DNA of 64,000 nt, taken from positions 3,154,062 to 3,218,061 of the forward strand of contig OX638379.1 of the NCBI GenBank assembly GCA_951813605.1. Reading direction: 5' to 3'. Numbering within the stretch: the first letter of the stretch is position 1; every line of letters starts with the position of its first letter. The DNA is from an uncultured Bryobacterales bacterium. Lineage in GTDB: Bacteria; Acidobacteriota; Terriglobia; Bryobacterales; UBA6623. Below are positions 56,346-64,000 of the stretch, in pieces. The translations under genes were made by a program, and so were the position numbers. The notes beneath the pieces are model-generated. The model was not told where the DNA came from. It saw only the letters and a list, made by a program, of their open reading frames with translations, and ran no database searches.

Positions 56346-58493
56346 ATGACAAAGTTGTTGATTCGAATCGTGATCGTACTAGCCGCGGGAGCGCTTGTGG
56401 CAGCCGGCTACTTCATCTGGGACCGGATTCCGGAGGACGAGCAGGAATTCGCGCTGGCCGAGGTCAGGCGGGGCGACTTGGTCGTCAAGACGCACTTGCG
56501 CGGCGAGCTCCGCGCGGTGCGCTCGCTAACTCTCACCGCTCCGAATATCGGCACGCAGTCGCAGATCACTCAGCTCGCCCCTACGGGCGCGCTCGCCAAG
56601 CGCGGCAACTTGATCTTCGAGCTTGACGACTCCGAGCGGGTGGCTGCCCTGGAGGACAGCCTGCTCAGCGTGGAGCAGATCGAGGAGAACTTGAAGAAGG
56701 CCGAAGCGGAACTGGAGATCCGCAAGAGCCAGGACGAGGTCGAGATCGTCCAAGCGAACTTCCAAGTTCGCCGGGCCGAGCTGGAGGTGCGGCGCAACGA
56801 GCTGCTCGCCGCGATCGACGCCCGCAAGAACGAGCTCACGCTGGAGGAAGCGAACCGGCGGAAGCAGAAGCTCGAAGAGGACATCAAGAACCGCCTCCAG
56901 CAAAGGGAGGCCGAGCTGGCGGTGCTGCGCGAGCAGCTGAACAAGGCGCAGCTCGACGTCGACAGGGACCGCCGCCGGATCGAGCAGTCGCGAGTGCTCT
57001 CGCCGCTCACCGGGCTCGTGTCCATCCTGCAAAACCGGTCGGGCGGCCGGGGCGGCTTCGGCCAGTCGCTCCCGGAGATCCGCGAAGGCGACCAGGTTCC
57101 CGCGGGCATGTCGGTCGCACAGCTGCTCGACTTGTCGGAAATGGAGCTTCTGACGCGCGTGGAGGAGTCGGAGCGCGCCAACTTGCGCGAAGGCCAGGAA
57201 GTGCTTATTCGCTTGGACGCCCTTCCGGACAAGACGGTGAGCGGAACGATCAAGCGCCTTGGGAACACGGCCGCTGCCAACATCTTCGCCGGCGAGGCAA
57301 CCAAGAAGTTCGAGTGCGTGATCGGCATCGACATGCGCGGGCTGCTCCGGAACATCGACGCCGAACCCGAGCAGATCGAGCGGATCATGGCAACCGCGCG
57401 GCAGAACGCCGCGGTCGGCTACGGGCGCCAGGCAACCCGGCAGCGAGCACAGCCCGCCGGCGGCCCGCAAGCAGGGCAGGCCCGCGGCGGTGATCCATCC
57501 GAGGCCAGTGCCCAGCGAACAGGCGGGCGCGGCGGCGGCCAGCGCGCCGAGCGGCAAGGCCAGGACGGTTCAGCCGAGGGCCGAGCACAGCGCCAGCCTC
57601 GCGGCGAGAGGGCCGCAGCCGGTCAAGGCGGCGGCCAGCGCCAGCCTCGCGGCGAGCAGGCCGCAGCCGGTCAAGGCGGCGGCCAGCGCCAGCCTCGCGG
57701 CGAGCAGGCCGCAGGCGGTCAAGGGGCCGGCCAGCGCCAGCCTCGCGGCGAGCAGGCCGGAGGCGGTCAAGGGGCCGGCCAGAGTGCAGAGGCCCAAGAA
57801 GGGCGGCAGCGCGGGCAAGGCCAGCGCAGGGGCGGGTTCGATCCCTCGGCGATGCTCAGCCGGCTGCCCGAGGACGCTCGCAAGAAGGCTGAGGCACTTC
57901 TGAAGGGGCGCGGGCCGCAGGAACTCAGCAACGAAGAGCGTCAGCAGTTCCGTCAGATCATGCAGGCCGCTCTTGGTGGCCGTGGCGGCGGAGGCGGGCG
58001 CGGAGGTGCAGGTGCAGGCGGCTTCGGCGGCGGACCCGGTGCTTTCGGCGGCGGCCAGCCTGCCATCGGCGGTGGCGGCGGGCAAGCTCCAAGCGCGCCC
58101 TCGCCATCCTCGTCGTCCGAGTTCAGCGCGGCGGAACGCGCCGCCGCAGCGCTGCCAGAGCCGCCGCAAGAGGGCTCGGATGTTGAGGTTCTGCTAAGGC
58201 CCGGCTTGCTGGCTGACGCCGAAGTGATCGTGGAGCACATCCAAGATACCCTGTACATCCCTTACCAAGCGGTGTTCGAGGAAGGCGCCGAGAACATTGT
58301 CTACATCTTGGAAGGCAGCCGGCTCCGGGCACGGCGTGTCCGGCTTGGCCGGCGGTCGGAGTCGCAGGTCGCGGTGGTGGAAGGGCTTGCGGAAGGCGAT
58401 CGAATCTCGCTGTACCGCCCCGATTCCGCGCCGGCTCCAGCTTCCGAGACTGACACGCCGTCCTCCGGGCCGTCCTTTCCCGGAGGCGCGTAA
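56346..58493 (+). CDS. Efflux periplasmic adaptor (HlyD/MacA family) 2 with a large Gly/Gln-rich insertion
   Basis: Same adaptor motifs (SPLTGLV, LRPGLLADAEV, VVEGLAEGDRI) interrupted by >250 aa of low-complexity sequence. Confidence 0.85.
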   Translation: MTKLLIRIVIVLAAGALVAAGYFIWDRIPEDEQEFALAEVRRGDLVVKTHLRGELRAVRSLTLTAPNIGTQSQITQLAPTGALAKRGNLIFELDDSERVAALEDSLLSVEQIEENLKKAEAELEIRKSQDEVEIVQANFQVRRAELEVRRNELLAAIDARKNELTLEEANRRKQKLEEDIKNRLQQREAELAVLREQLNKAQLDVDRDRRRIEQSRVLSPLTGLVSILQNRSGGRGGFGQSLPEIREGDQVPAGMSVAQLLDLSEMELLTRVEESERANLREGQEVLIRLDALPDKTVSGTIKRLGNTAAANIFAGEATKKFECVIGIDMRGLLRNIDAEPEQIERIMATARQNAAVGYGRQATRQRAQPAGGPQAGQARGGDPSEASAQRTGGRGGGQRAERQGQDGSAEGRAQRQPRGERAAAGQGGGQRQPRGEQAAAGQGGGQRQPRGEQAAGGQGAGQRQPRGEQAGGGQGAGQSAEAQEGRQRGQGQRRGGFDPSAMLSRLPEDARKKAEALLKGRGPQELSNEERQQFRQIMQAALGGRGGGGGRGGAGAGGFGGGPGAFGGGQPAIGGGGGQAPSAPSPSSSSEFSAAERAAAALPEPPQEGSDVEVLLRPGLLADAEVIVEHIQDTLYIPYQAVFEEGAENIVYILEGSRLRARRVRLGRRSESQVAVVEGLAEGDRISLYRPDSAPAPASETDTPSSGPSFPGGA
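57588..57779 (+). repeat. Four tandem in-frame 48-bp repeats (QRQPRGE[R/Q]A[A/G][A/G]GQG[G/A]G)
   Basis: Unit cagcgccagcctcgcggcgag...ggtcaagg.g.cggc repeated 4 times with few substitutions. Confidence 0.92.
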
Positions 58494-58496
58494 GCG

Positions 58497-59750
58497 ATGA
58501 AAATCCCCGACGTATTGCCCGAACTCCAGATGGGGATCGGGAGTCTCCTTGCCCACAAGCTCCGCACGCTGCTGACCATGCTCGGCATGATTTTCGGCGT
58601 CGGCGCGGTCGTGGCGATGCTTTCCATCACGGAAGGAGCGCGGCAGGAGATGATCCGCTATATCGACCTGCTCGGCGTCAACAACATCGTGGTCGAGGCG
58701 GCCGAGGCACCAGACCGCGACACGCTGATCGAGGTCCGACAGGTCTCTCCCGGCCTGACGTTCCGCGATGCTCGCGCCATCTCGGCGAACACCCCCAACA
58801 TCGCCAACCTTTCCGAGCGCAAGACCTTTCAGCCCACCAGCCTGCTCCCCAGCATGGACGGGGACCTGCCCACGCTCATCGGCGTCCGGCCGAACTACAC
58901 CGACATCTACAGCATGTCGCTGATCGAGGGGCGCTTCTTCACGGGGGACGAGCAGGCCCGCTCGTCCCCCGTGTGCGTGCTCGGCGAGCGCGCGAAGATC
59001 AGCATTCTGGGCTACGGCAGCGCGGTCGGCAAGTACATCAAGGTCAACGAGGTCTGGCTGCACGTGATCGGCGTCGCGGCGCCGCAGTCAACCGCCGAGT
59101 CGGAAGTCGAGGGCTTGGAGGCCGACGACCGCAGCAACGTCATCCTGGCGCCGCTGAACTCCGTCATGCGCCGCTTCGAGGACAACAACAGCTACCTCAA
59201 GGACGAGATTGACGGAATCTACGTGCGCGTGGAACCGGACGCCGACCCCATCGAGACCTCGCAGATCGTCCGCGCCATCCTGAACACCACGCACAACGGA
59301 GCCAGCGACTTCTCGGTGCTGGTTCCCGCCGACCTGCTCGCGCAGCGCGAGCAGCAGCAGCTCGTGTTCCAGATCGTCATGATCTGCATCGCGGGCATCT
59401 CGCTGCTGGTAGGCGGCATCGGCATCATGAACATCATGCTGGCCACGGTCTTGGAGCGAACGCGCGAGATCGGCATCCGGCGCGCTATCGGCGCCCGCCA
59501 GCGCGATATCGTGCGCCAGTTCCTGATCGAAGCCGTGATGATTTCCATCCTAGGCGGCCTGATCGGCATCGCGGCCGGATTCGGCGGATCCAGGGTCATC
59601 GCTGCCATCGCCGGCTGGGCCACGGTCGTGACCGTGATCTCAATCATCGTCTCCTTCGGCGTCTCTGTGTTTATCGGGCTGCTGTTCGGCATCTATCCGG
59701 CCGTGCAGGCGGCCAAACTCGACCCAATTGAGGCCATCCGCTATGAGTAA
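58497..59750 (+). CDS. ABC transporter permease (MacB/FtsX family), no fused ATPase
   Basis: HKLRTLLTMLGMIFGVGAVVAM, SLLVGGIGIMNIML..V.ERTREIGIRRAIGA, GIYPA.QAAKLDPIEAIRYE. Confidence 0.94.
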   Translation: MKIPDVLPELQMGIGSLLAHKLRTLLTMLGMIFGVGAVVAMLSITEGARQEMIRYIDLLGVNNIVVEAAEAPDRDTLIEVRQVSPGLTFRDARAISANTPNIANLSERKTFQPTSLLPSMDGDLPTLIGVRPNYTDIYSMSLIEGRFFTGDEQARSSPVCVLGERAKISILGYGSAVGKYIKVNEVWLHVIGVAAPQSTAESEVEGLEADDRSNVILAPLNSVMRRFEDNNSYLKDEIDGIYVRVEPDADPIETSQIVRAILNTTHNGASDFSVLVPADLLAQREQQQLVFQIVMICIAGISLLVGGIGIMNIMLATVLERTREIGIRRAIGARQRDIVRQFLIEAVMISILGGLIGIAAGFGGSRVIAAIAGWATVVTVISIIVSFGVSVFIGLLFGIYPAVQAAKLDPIEAIRYE

Positions 59751-61392
59751 CGCCCCCAGAGCTTCCCTCGTCGCTTCGTTGCTGCTCGCTGCAGCGCCGC
59801 TTGCAGCGCAGTTCGCCACCTTCCCGGACGGCGCTTATTTCCGGGAGCAGTGGCAGATGGCTCCGTATGCGGTGGAAATCGACACCGTCGCGAATCTCGA
59901 AGACTTCGTCGTGGACGGCAAGCTCGAGATGAACTTGCGGGACTACTTGGAACTGGTGATGGCCAATCACCCGGACGTGCAGATCCAGGTGCTCAATGTG
60001 CTGGAATCGGAAAACTCGATCCAGCGCGCCTTCAGTCCGTTCGACCCTACCCTGGCCCTGGACTTCAACGCGAATCGCTCCACGAACCCTTCGCAAGACG
60101 TGCTGCAAGGGGGCACCGTGGTCAGCTCGCTGCGACAGAACGGCGGCTTCACCTACCGCCAGACGCTTGACACCGGGCTGAATTACCAGGTGGGCTTCAC
60201 GGGCCTGAAGACCGCCAGCAGCAGCTCGTTCCGGACGTTCAACCCATCGATCCAGGACACGCTGCAGTTCCGCATTTCACAGCCCTTGCTGCGCGGACGG
60301 GGCCGCGCCATCCAACGCATCCCGATCTTGATTGCGCAGTCGCAGTACGACATCAGCCAGTCGCAGGCGCGCAACCGCATCATCGCGCTCATCGCGCAGG
60401 CGGAGACCGCGTACTGGCAAGTGGTGTCGAACCGCGAGGCGCTGAACGTGCAGGAAAACAACCTGGACCTCCGCAGCAAGTTCCTGGCCCGGTCGCGTCG
60501 CGAACTCGAGCTCGGTGCCATCTCGCCGCTCGACATTTACCAGCCCGAGCAAAACTTCGCCAACGCCCAGGTCGGCGTGACCAGGGCGCGCTATCGCCTG
60601 CAGCAGGCCGAGGATCGCGTGCGGCGGCAGATCGGCGCGGACCTGCACAGCGAGATCCGCAACCTGCCGCTGGTGCTGGTCGAATCGGCCGACCCGCCGC
60701 TTTACATGCCGACCTACGAGCCGGAGGAGACGATGAGCAAGGCTCTGGCGCTGCGTCCGGAAGTGAGGCTGCGAAGGAAGAACCTGGAGATCGACGACTA
60801 CAACATCAAGCGCTATACCAACCAGCAGCGCCCGGACCTTTCAATCACCGCCGCCTACAGCGCCACCGGGTTGGGCGGCAACCTGTACGAAACGTCGCTT
60901 CTAGGCGGCGCTTCCAGGTTGCTCGAGGCCGGAGGCTTTCCCACCGCTATGTCGCAGCTGTTCCAGCTCGGCTTCCCGACGTACAGCGTGGGGATCTCCC
61001 TGGAGCTTCCCTTGCGGAACCGCCGCGCCGCGGTGGACCTTGCCAACTCGGTCTTGCAGAAAAAGCGCAACATGTACGAGCTGCGCGCGCTGGAGCAGGA
61101 GATTCGCCTGGATGTCCTGAACGCCATCACGGGAGTCGAGCTGAGCAAGGCGGCGATCCAGCAGGCCACCGTGGCGCTTGATTTCTCGCAGAAGCGCCTG
61201 GACGCGGAGCAGCAGAAGTACGACCTAGGCGTCAGCACGGCATTCATCGTGTTGGACGCCCAGGACGACTTAGTGCAGAGCCAGGCTGACCTGCTGCAAG
61301 AGTCGATCGGCTACCGACAGGCAATGGTCGCGCTTCTGCAGGCGACAGGCGAGTTGCTCGAGGCACGCGGCATCCAGCTGACCTACAGGTGA
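59743..61392 (+). CDS. TolC-family outer membrane channel
   Basis: Signal peptide; ISQPLLRG, AETAYW, ELELGAIS.LD, SLELPLRN, AEQQKYDLGVST...VLDAQ. Confidence 0.9.
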   Translation: MSNAPRASLVASLLLAAAPLAAQFATFPDGAYFREQWQMAPYAVEIDTVANLEDFVVDGKLEMNLRDYLELVMANHPDVQIQVLNVLESENSIQRAFSPFDPTLALDFNANRSTNPSQDVLQGGTVVSSLRQNGGFTYRQTLDTGLNYQVGFTGLKTASSSSFRTFNPSIQDTLQFRISQPLLRGRGRAIQRIPILIAQSQYDISQSQARNRIIALIAQAETAYWQVVSNREALNVQENNLDLRSKFLARSRRELELGAISPLDIYQPEQNFANAQVGVTRARYRLQQAEDRVRRQIGADLHSEIRNLPLVLVESADPPLYMPTYEPEETMSKALALRPEVRLRRKNLEIDDYNIKRYTNQQRPDLSITAAYSATGLGGNLYETSLLGGASRLLEAGGFPTAMSQLFQLGFPTYSVGISLELPLRNRRAAVDLANSVLQKKRNMYELRALEQEIRLDVLNAITGVELSKAAIQQATVALDFSQKRLDAEQQKYDLGVSTAFIVLDAQDDLVQSQADLLQESIGYRQAMVALLQATGELLEARGIQLTYR

Positions 61393-61428
61393 CGGAGCAG
61401 CCCGGCGCGCCCTTACAATGGGTAGTGA

Positions 61429-61505
61429 CGGGGCGTGGCGCAGTCTGGTAGCGCGCCTGCTTTGGGAGCAGGAAGTCGGGGGTTCGAATCCCTCCGCCCC
61501 GACCA
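61429..61505 (+). tRNA. tRNA-Pro (anticodon TGG)
   Basis: CGGGGCG acceptor stem, D-arm TGGTA, anticodon arm CCTGC-TTTGGGA-GCAGG, T-loop GTTCGAATC, encoded CCA; -10-like TACAAT at 61414. Confidence 0.97.
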
Positions 61506-61509
61506 TCTC

Positions 61510-62123
61510 TGAGGGGTCCGTCCCGGAGACATGGTTAACACTTCCTCCGGCACGAACGGATGGGGGGCGGGTTCGACGCGTCCCTCCTCCTGATCGAAGA
61601 ATCCCAAATCGAAATCCAGGAAGCTGACCAGCCAGATTCGATCCTCGACCTCGCGGATGCCCGCGGTCTGGCCGGCGAAGACCTGGCTGAGGTTGATCTT
61701 GCGTTGGCCGATGCAGAGGCGACCGCAGCGGGTCCCGCGCACGCTGCGGTCGTGACAGGGGTACGCGGGCTCGGGCGGCGGTTCATCGACCCGGGCCGAG
61801 GGTGTGTAGGCATCGCCGGGGCAGGCGCCGCCGAGGCCCTGGCGGGGCCGCTGGTGGTTGCAAGCCTCGGTGCAGCATTCGAAGCGCTCCTGCTGCCGCA
61901 CGAAGTTGAGCGCGGCCGGTCGGGTGGCCTCTTTCTTGAGCGTGAGATGCCGCACTCCCGGCACTGCGGGCCCATCTTCTCGCCTTCTAATAACCGGGCA
62001 ATGAATCGAAGTCGTTCATCCTTGCGTTTACACTCTTTCCACGGCATCGGGGACCTCGCCCCAATGCCCATTGTGTAAACCATGTCTCCGGAATGCTGTG
62101 CAAGCTATGTCTCGCTAAGCACA
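61510..62123 (-). mobile_element. Internally deleted IS481-family element
   Basis: Both ends share CCGGAGACATGGTT(T/A)ACAC in inverted orientation; the 5' end begins TGT. MPWKEC...ERLRFIARL (start 62047) is joined to the C-terminal HLTLKKEATRP...N..RP...INLSQVFAGQ...WLVSF...LG.FD; the DDE core is missing. Confidence 0.85.
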
Positions 62124-62179
62124 GGGAACGGACGCCTTGGGCGGCCGCTCACCGAAGAACGCTTCGAATCAAGCTGGGG

Positions 62180-63118
62180 TCAGCCCTTGGGTGCCGGCTT
62201 CGGATCCAGATTCATCCCGATTTCCTTGTCCGTCACCGTGGAGGTGCCGATCCCCAGCTTCGGCACCTTGAGTCCGGCAACCCAGTATAGGGCGTTCATG
62301 ATCACCTTGCGATACTCGTCGTGCTGCCAGTTGCGGTGGAAGTGCCCGCCCGTGAAGCCGAAGCCGCGCCCCCCGTCAGCGCGTTCAAGTGTCCAGAGCA
62401 TCGCCTCCTCGCGGCCCTTGTCGGCTTGGATGTGGGGGAACGGGCCCTTCGGATATACATACGGCCCGTCACGCGTCTCGTCGCTCGGCTTGGCCACTAG
62501 GATCGGCGTGAACAAGTCGCCACCGTCATTCTTTTGCGACGTGGCGCCTAACCCCTCGCGGAAGCGCATGTTGAAGTACCACTCGTCCTCAACCGCAAAC
62601 GGACGGACACCGTTGGCTACCGGGTGGTCCGGAAATCGCTCGAAGGACGGCGTCCAGATCGGATTGCAGGACCACTCGTGCTCGTAGTATCCGCCCAGCC
62701 AGCTCTTGAACTCCTCCCCCGCTCCGTCGCGCAGCACCTCGACCCCGTAGTGCATGCAGCCGAGACCGACGCCGCGCGCCATCAGCTCGCCAACTAGCGC
62801 AAGACGCCGCTCGTCGGCCAGCGGGTGCTTGCGGTTGCCGTCGGAGTAGAACACGATCGCGTCGGCATCGTCGAGCGTGGCTTCGTCCTCGACCCAGCCG
62901 CCGTCGTAGCGCTCCACCACCAGGCCCGGCACCTGCGACAAGCGCTTCTCCAGCAAAATCGTCCCGGCGCGAAACTCGTGCATTCCCGGGGGATGGCTCG
63001 GGCTTCCGGCAAGCAAGACGAGCTTTCGCGAGTCCGTCTGAGCCGACCGGGCACGAGGGGCCGCAGGCGCGGTCGCCGCTCCGGCTAGAAGCAGGCGCAG
63101 GAATTCCGAACGATTCAT
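62180..63118 (-). CDS. ThuA-like (class I GATase-like) domain exported protein
   Basis: MNRSEFL Tat-like leader; LVLLAG.PSH..G.HE..AG, GCMHY, HPVANGV, DEWYF, GRGFGFTGGH.H.NW. ATG at 63118. Confidence 0.85.
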   Translation of the reverse strand: MNRSEFLRLLLAGAATAPAAPRARSAQTDSRKLVLLAGSPSHPPGMHEFRAGTILLEKRLSQVPGLVVERYDGGWVEDEATLDDADAIVFYSDGNRKHPLADERRLALVGELMARGVGLGCMHYGVEVLRDGAGEEFKSWLGGYYEHEWSCNPIWTPSFERFPDHPVANGVRPFAVEDEWYFNMRFREGLGATSQKNDGGDLFTPILVAKPSDETRDGPYVYPKGPFPHIQADKGREEAMLWTLERADGGRGFGFTGGHFHRNWQHDEYRKVIMNALYWVAGLKVPKLGIGTSTVTDKEIGMNLDPKPAPKG

Positions 63119-63304
63119 ATACCGAATCTTACTCCGCTCGCCGACACGGGCCTGGAACAAGCCCCAATTGCGAGCCGTGCAGGTCGCCCGGCAGAAGGAG
63201 TTCGTCGGCAAGGCCTTCACTTCAGCAGCGACCCGAGCAGTGCGGCGCGTGCGGCCGCCGCGGCTCGGCTCGATTACACTCAGGAATTGACCGAAGCCGG
63301 CGAC

Positions 63305-64000
63305 ATGCGAATTCTGTCGTTGATCGCGAGCGCAACCGAGATGGTGTGCGCGCTCGGGTTCCGCGACCGGCTGGTGGGCCGATCGCACGAATGCGACTTC
63401 CCTCCGGATGTCCACGCGCTGCCGAAGGCCACGTCGCCGCGGTTCGATGTCAGTGCGTCCAGCCGGAGCATCGACGACCAAGTCAAGGCGCTCGTCCGGG
63501 AATCTGCCGCCTTGGATGCGCTCGGCGTGTACGAAGTGCGGCGGGGCGTGCTTCGCGCATTGCAGCCTACGCACATCGTCACGCAGACCCAATGCGATGT
63601 TTGCGCGGTCAGCCGGCGCGATGTCGAGGCGGCCGTTGCCGAGACGGCGGGCTGCGACGCAGAGATCGTATCCCTGCAGCCCAACGCGCTGGCTGATGTC
63701 TGGGAGGATTTCTCTCGCCTCGCGACGGCGCTTGGCGCTCCCGAGGAGGGGCAGCGGCTGCTGGCCTCTCTCCGGCAGCGCATGCAATCCGTAGGCGACG
63801 CAGCCTGCAAGCTGCCGTCGAAGCCCACGGTGGCAGGGATCGAATGGGTCGAGCCCCTCATGGCAGTGGGGAACTGGATGCCAGAGCTGATTACCATGGC
63901 AGGGGGCCGCTGCCTATTCGGCGAGGCGGGACAGCACTCCCCGTCAATGCGGTTCGACAACCTGCGCGCCGCCGACCCCCAGGTGATCGTGCTCAGCCCT
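63305..64000 (+). CDS. BtuF-like cobalamin/iron ABC substrate-binding protein (partial, runs off the window)
   Basis: Frame not in the track: MRILSLIASATEMVCALG...LVGRSHECDFP...QP..IVTQTQC.VCAV...EW.EPLM..GNW.PELI..AGG. Confidence 0.85.
   Translation, partial: MRILSLIASATEMVCALGFRDRLVGRSHECDFPPDVHALPKATSPRFDVSASSRSIDDQVKALVRESAALDALGVYEVRRGVLRALQPTHIVTQTQCDVCAVSRRDVEAAVAETAGCDAEIVSLQPNALADVWEDFSRLATALGAPEEGQRLLASLRQRMQSVGDAACKLPSKPTVAGIEWVEPLMAVGNWMPELITMAGGRCLFGEAGQHSPSMRFDNLRAADPQVIVLSP

Noticed and set aside
57588-57779. CRISPR array
   Set aside because: The repeats are contiguous and in-frame within a CDS, with no unique spacers and no cas genes.
61429-62200. Prophage or genomic island integrated at tRNA-Pro; track ORFs overlapping the tRNA
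   Set aside because: No integrase or duplicated tRNA 3' end is seen, only a small IS481 remnant; the overlapping ORFs are spurious.

Overview
High-GC bacterial chromosomal window. Gene content points to Acidobacteriota (Bryobacterales-like), possibly host- or sponge-associated; this placement is inference only. Bases ~1-17 kb are an eroded accessory region. It holds remnants of IS3, ISAs1, IS1595 and DUF4338 elements, one intact IS1380, and decayed defence-type genes (restriction-modification N-terminus, HEPN, HATPase-STAS-2TM). It also carries an intact DUF433/DUF5615 toxin-antitoxin pair and metabolic cargo. Bases ~17-38 kb encode mostly exported, uncharacterised systems: two PSD1/cytochrome-c + DUF1501 pairs, a DUF6152 trio, NHL/PAL proteins and a TolB-CehA hydrolase. 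They also contain a minimal bacterial microcompartment locus (class II aldolase with a likely encapsulation peptide, 1 BMC-H, 3 BMC-P) followed by a Tat-exported oligogalacturonate-lyase-like propeller. Bases ~38-64 kb are largely housekeeping or metabolic: FAR-like reductase, ltaE, sulfatases, rapZ, hpf, plsC, cysS, murQ, a dual-adaptor MacB/TolC exporter and tRNA-Pro(TGG). One gene split in the ORF track (43394-43858) is an OsmC-like protein with an in-frame TGA at the catalytic Cys position and a SECIS-like hairpin, so it is a probable selenoprotein. All family calls come from motif recognition; no database searches were run.
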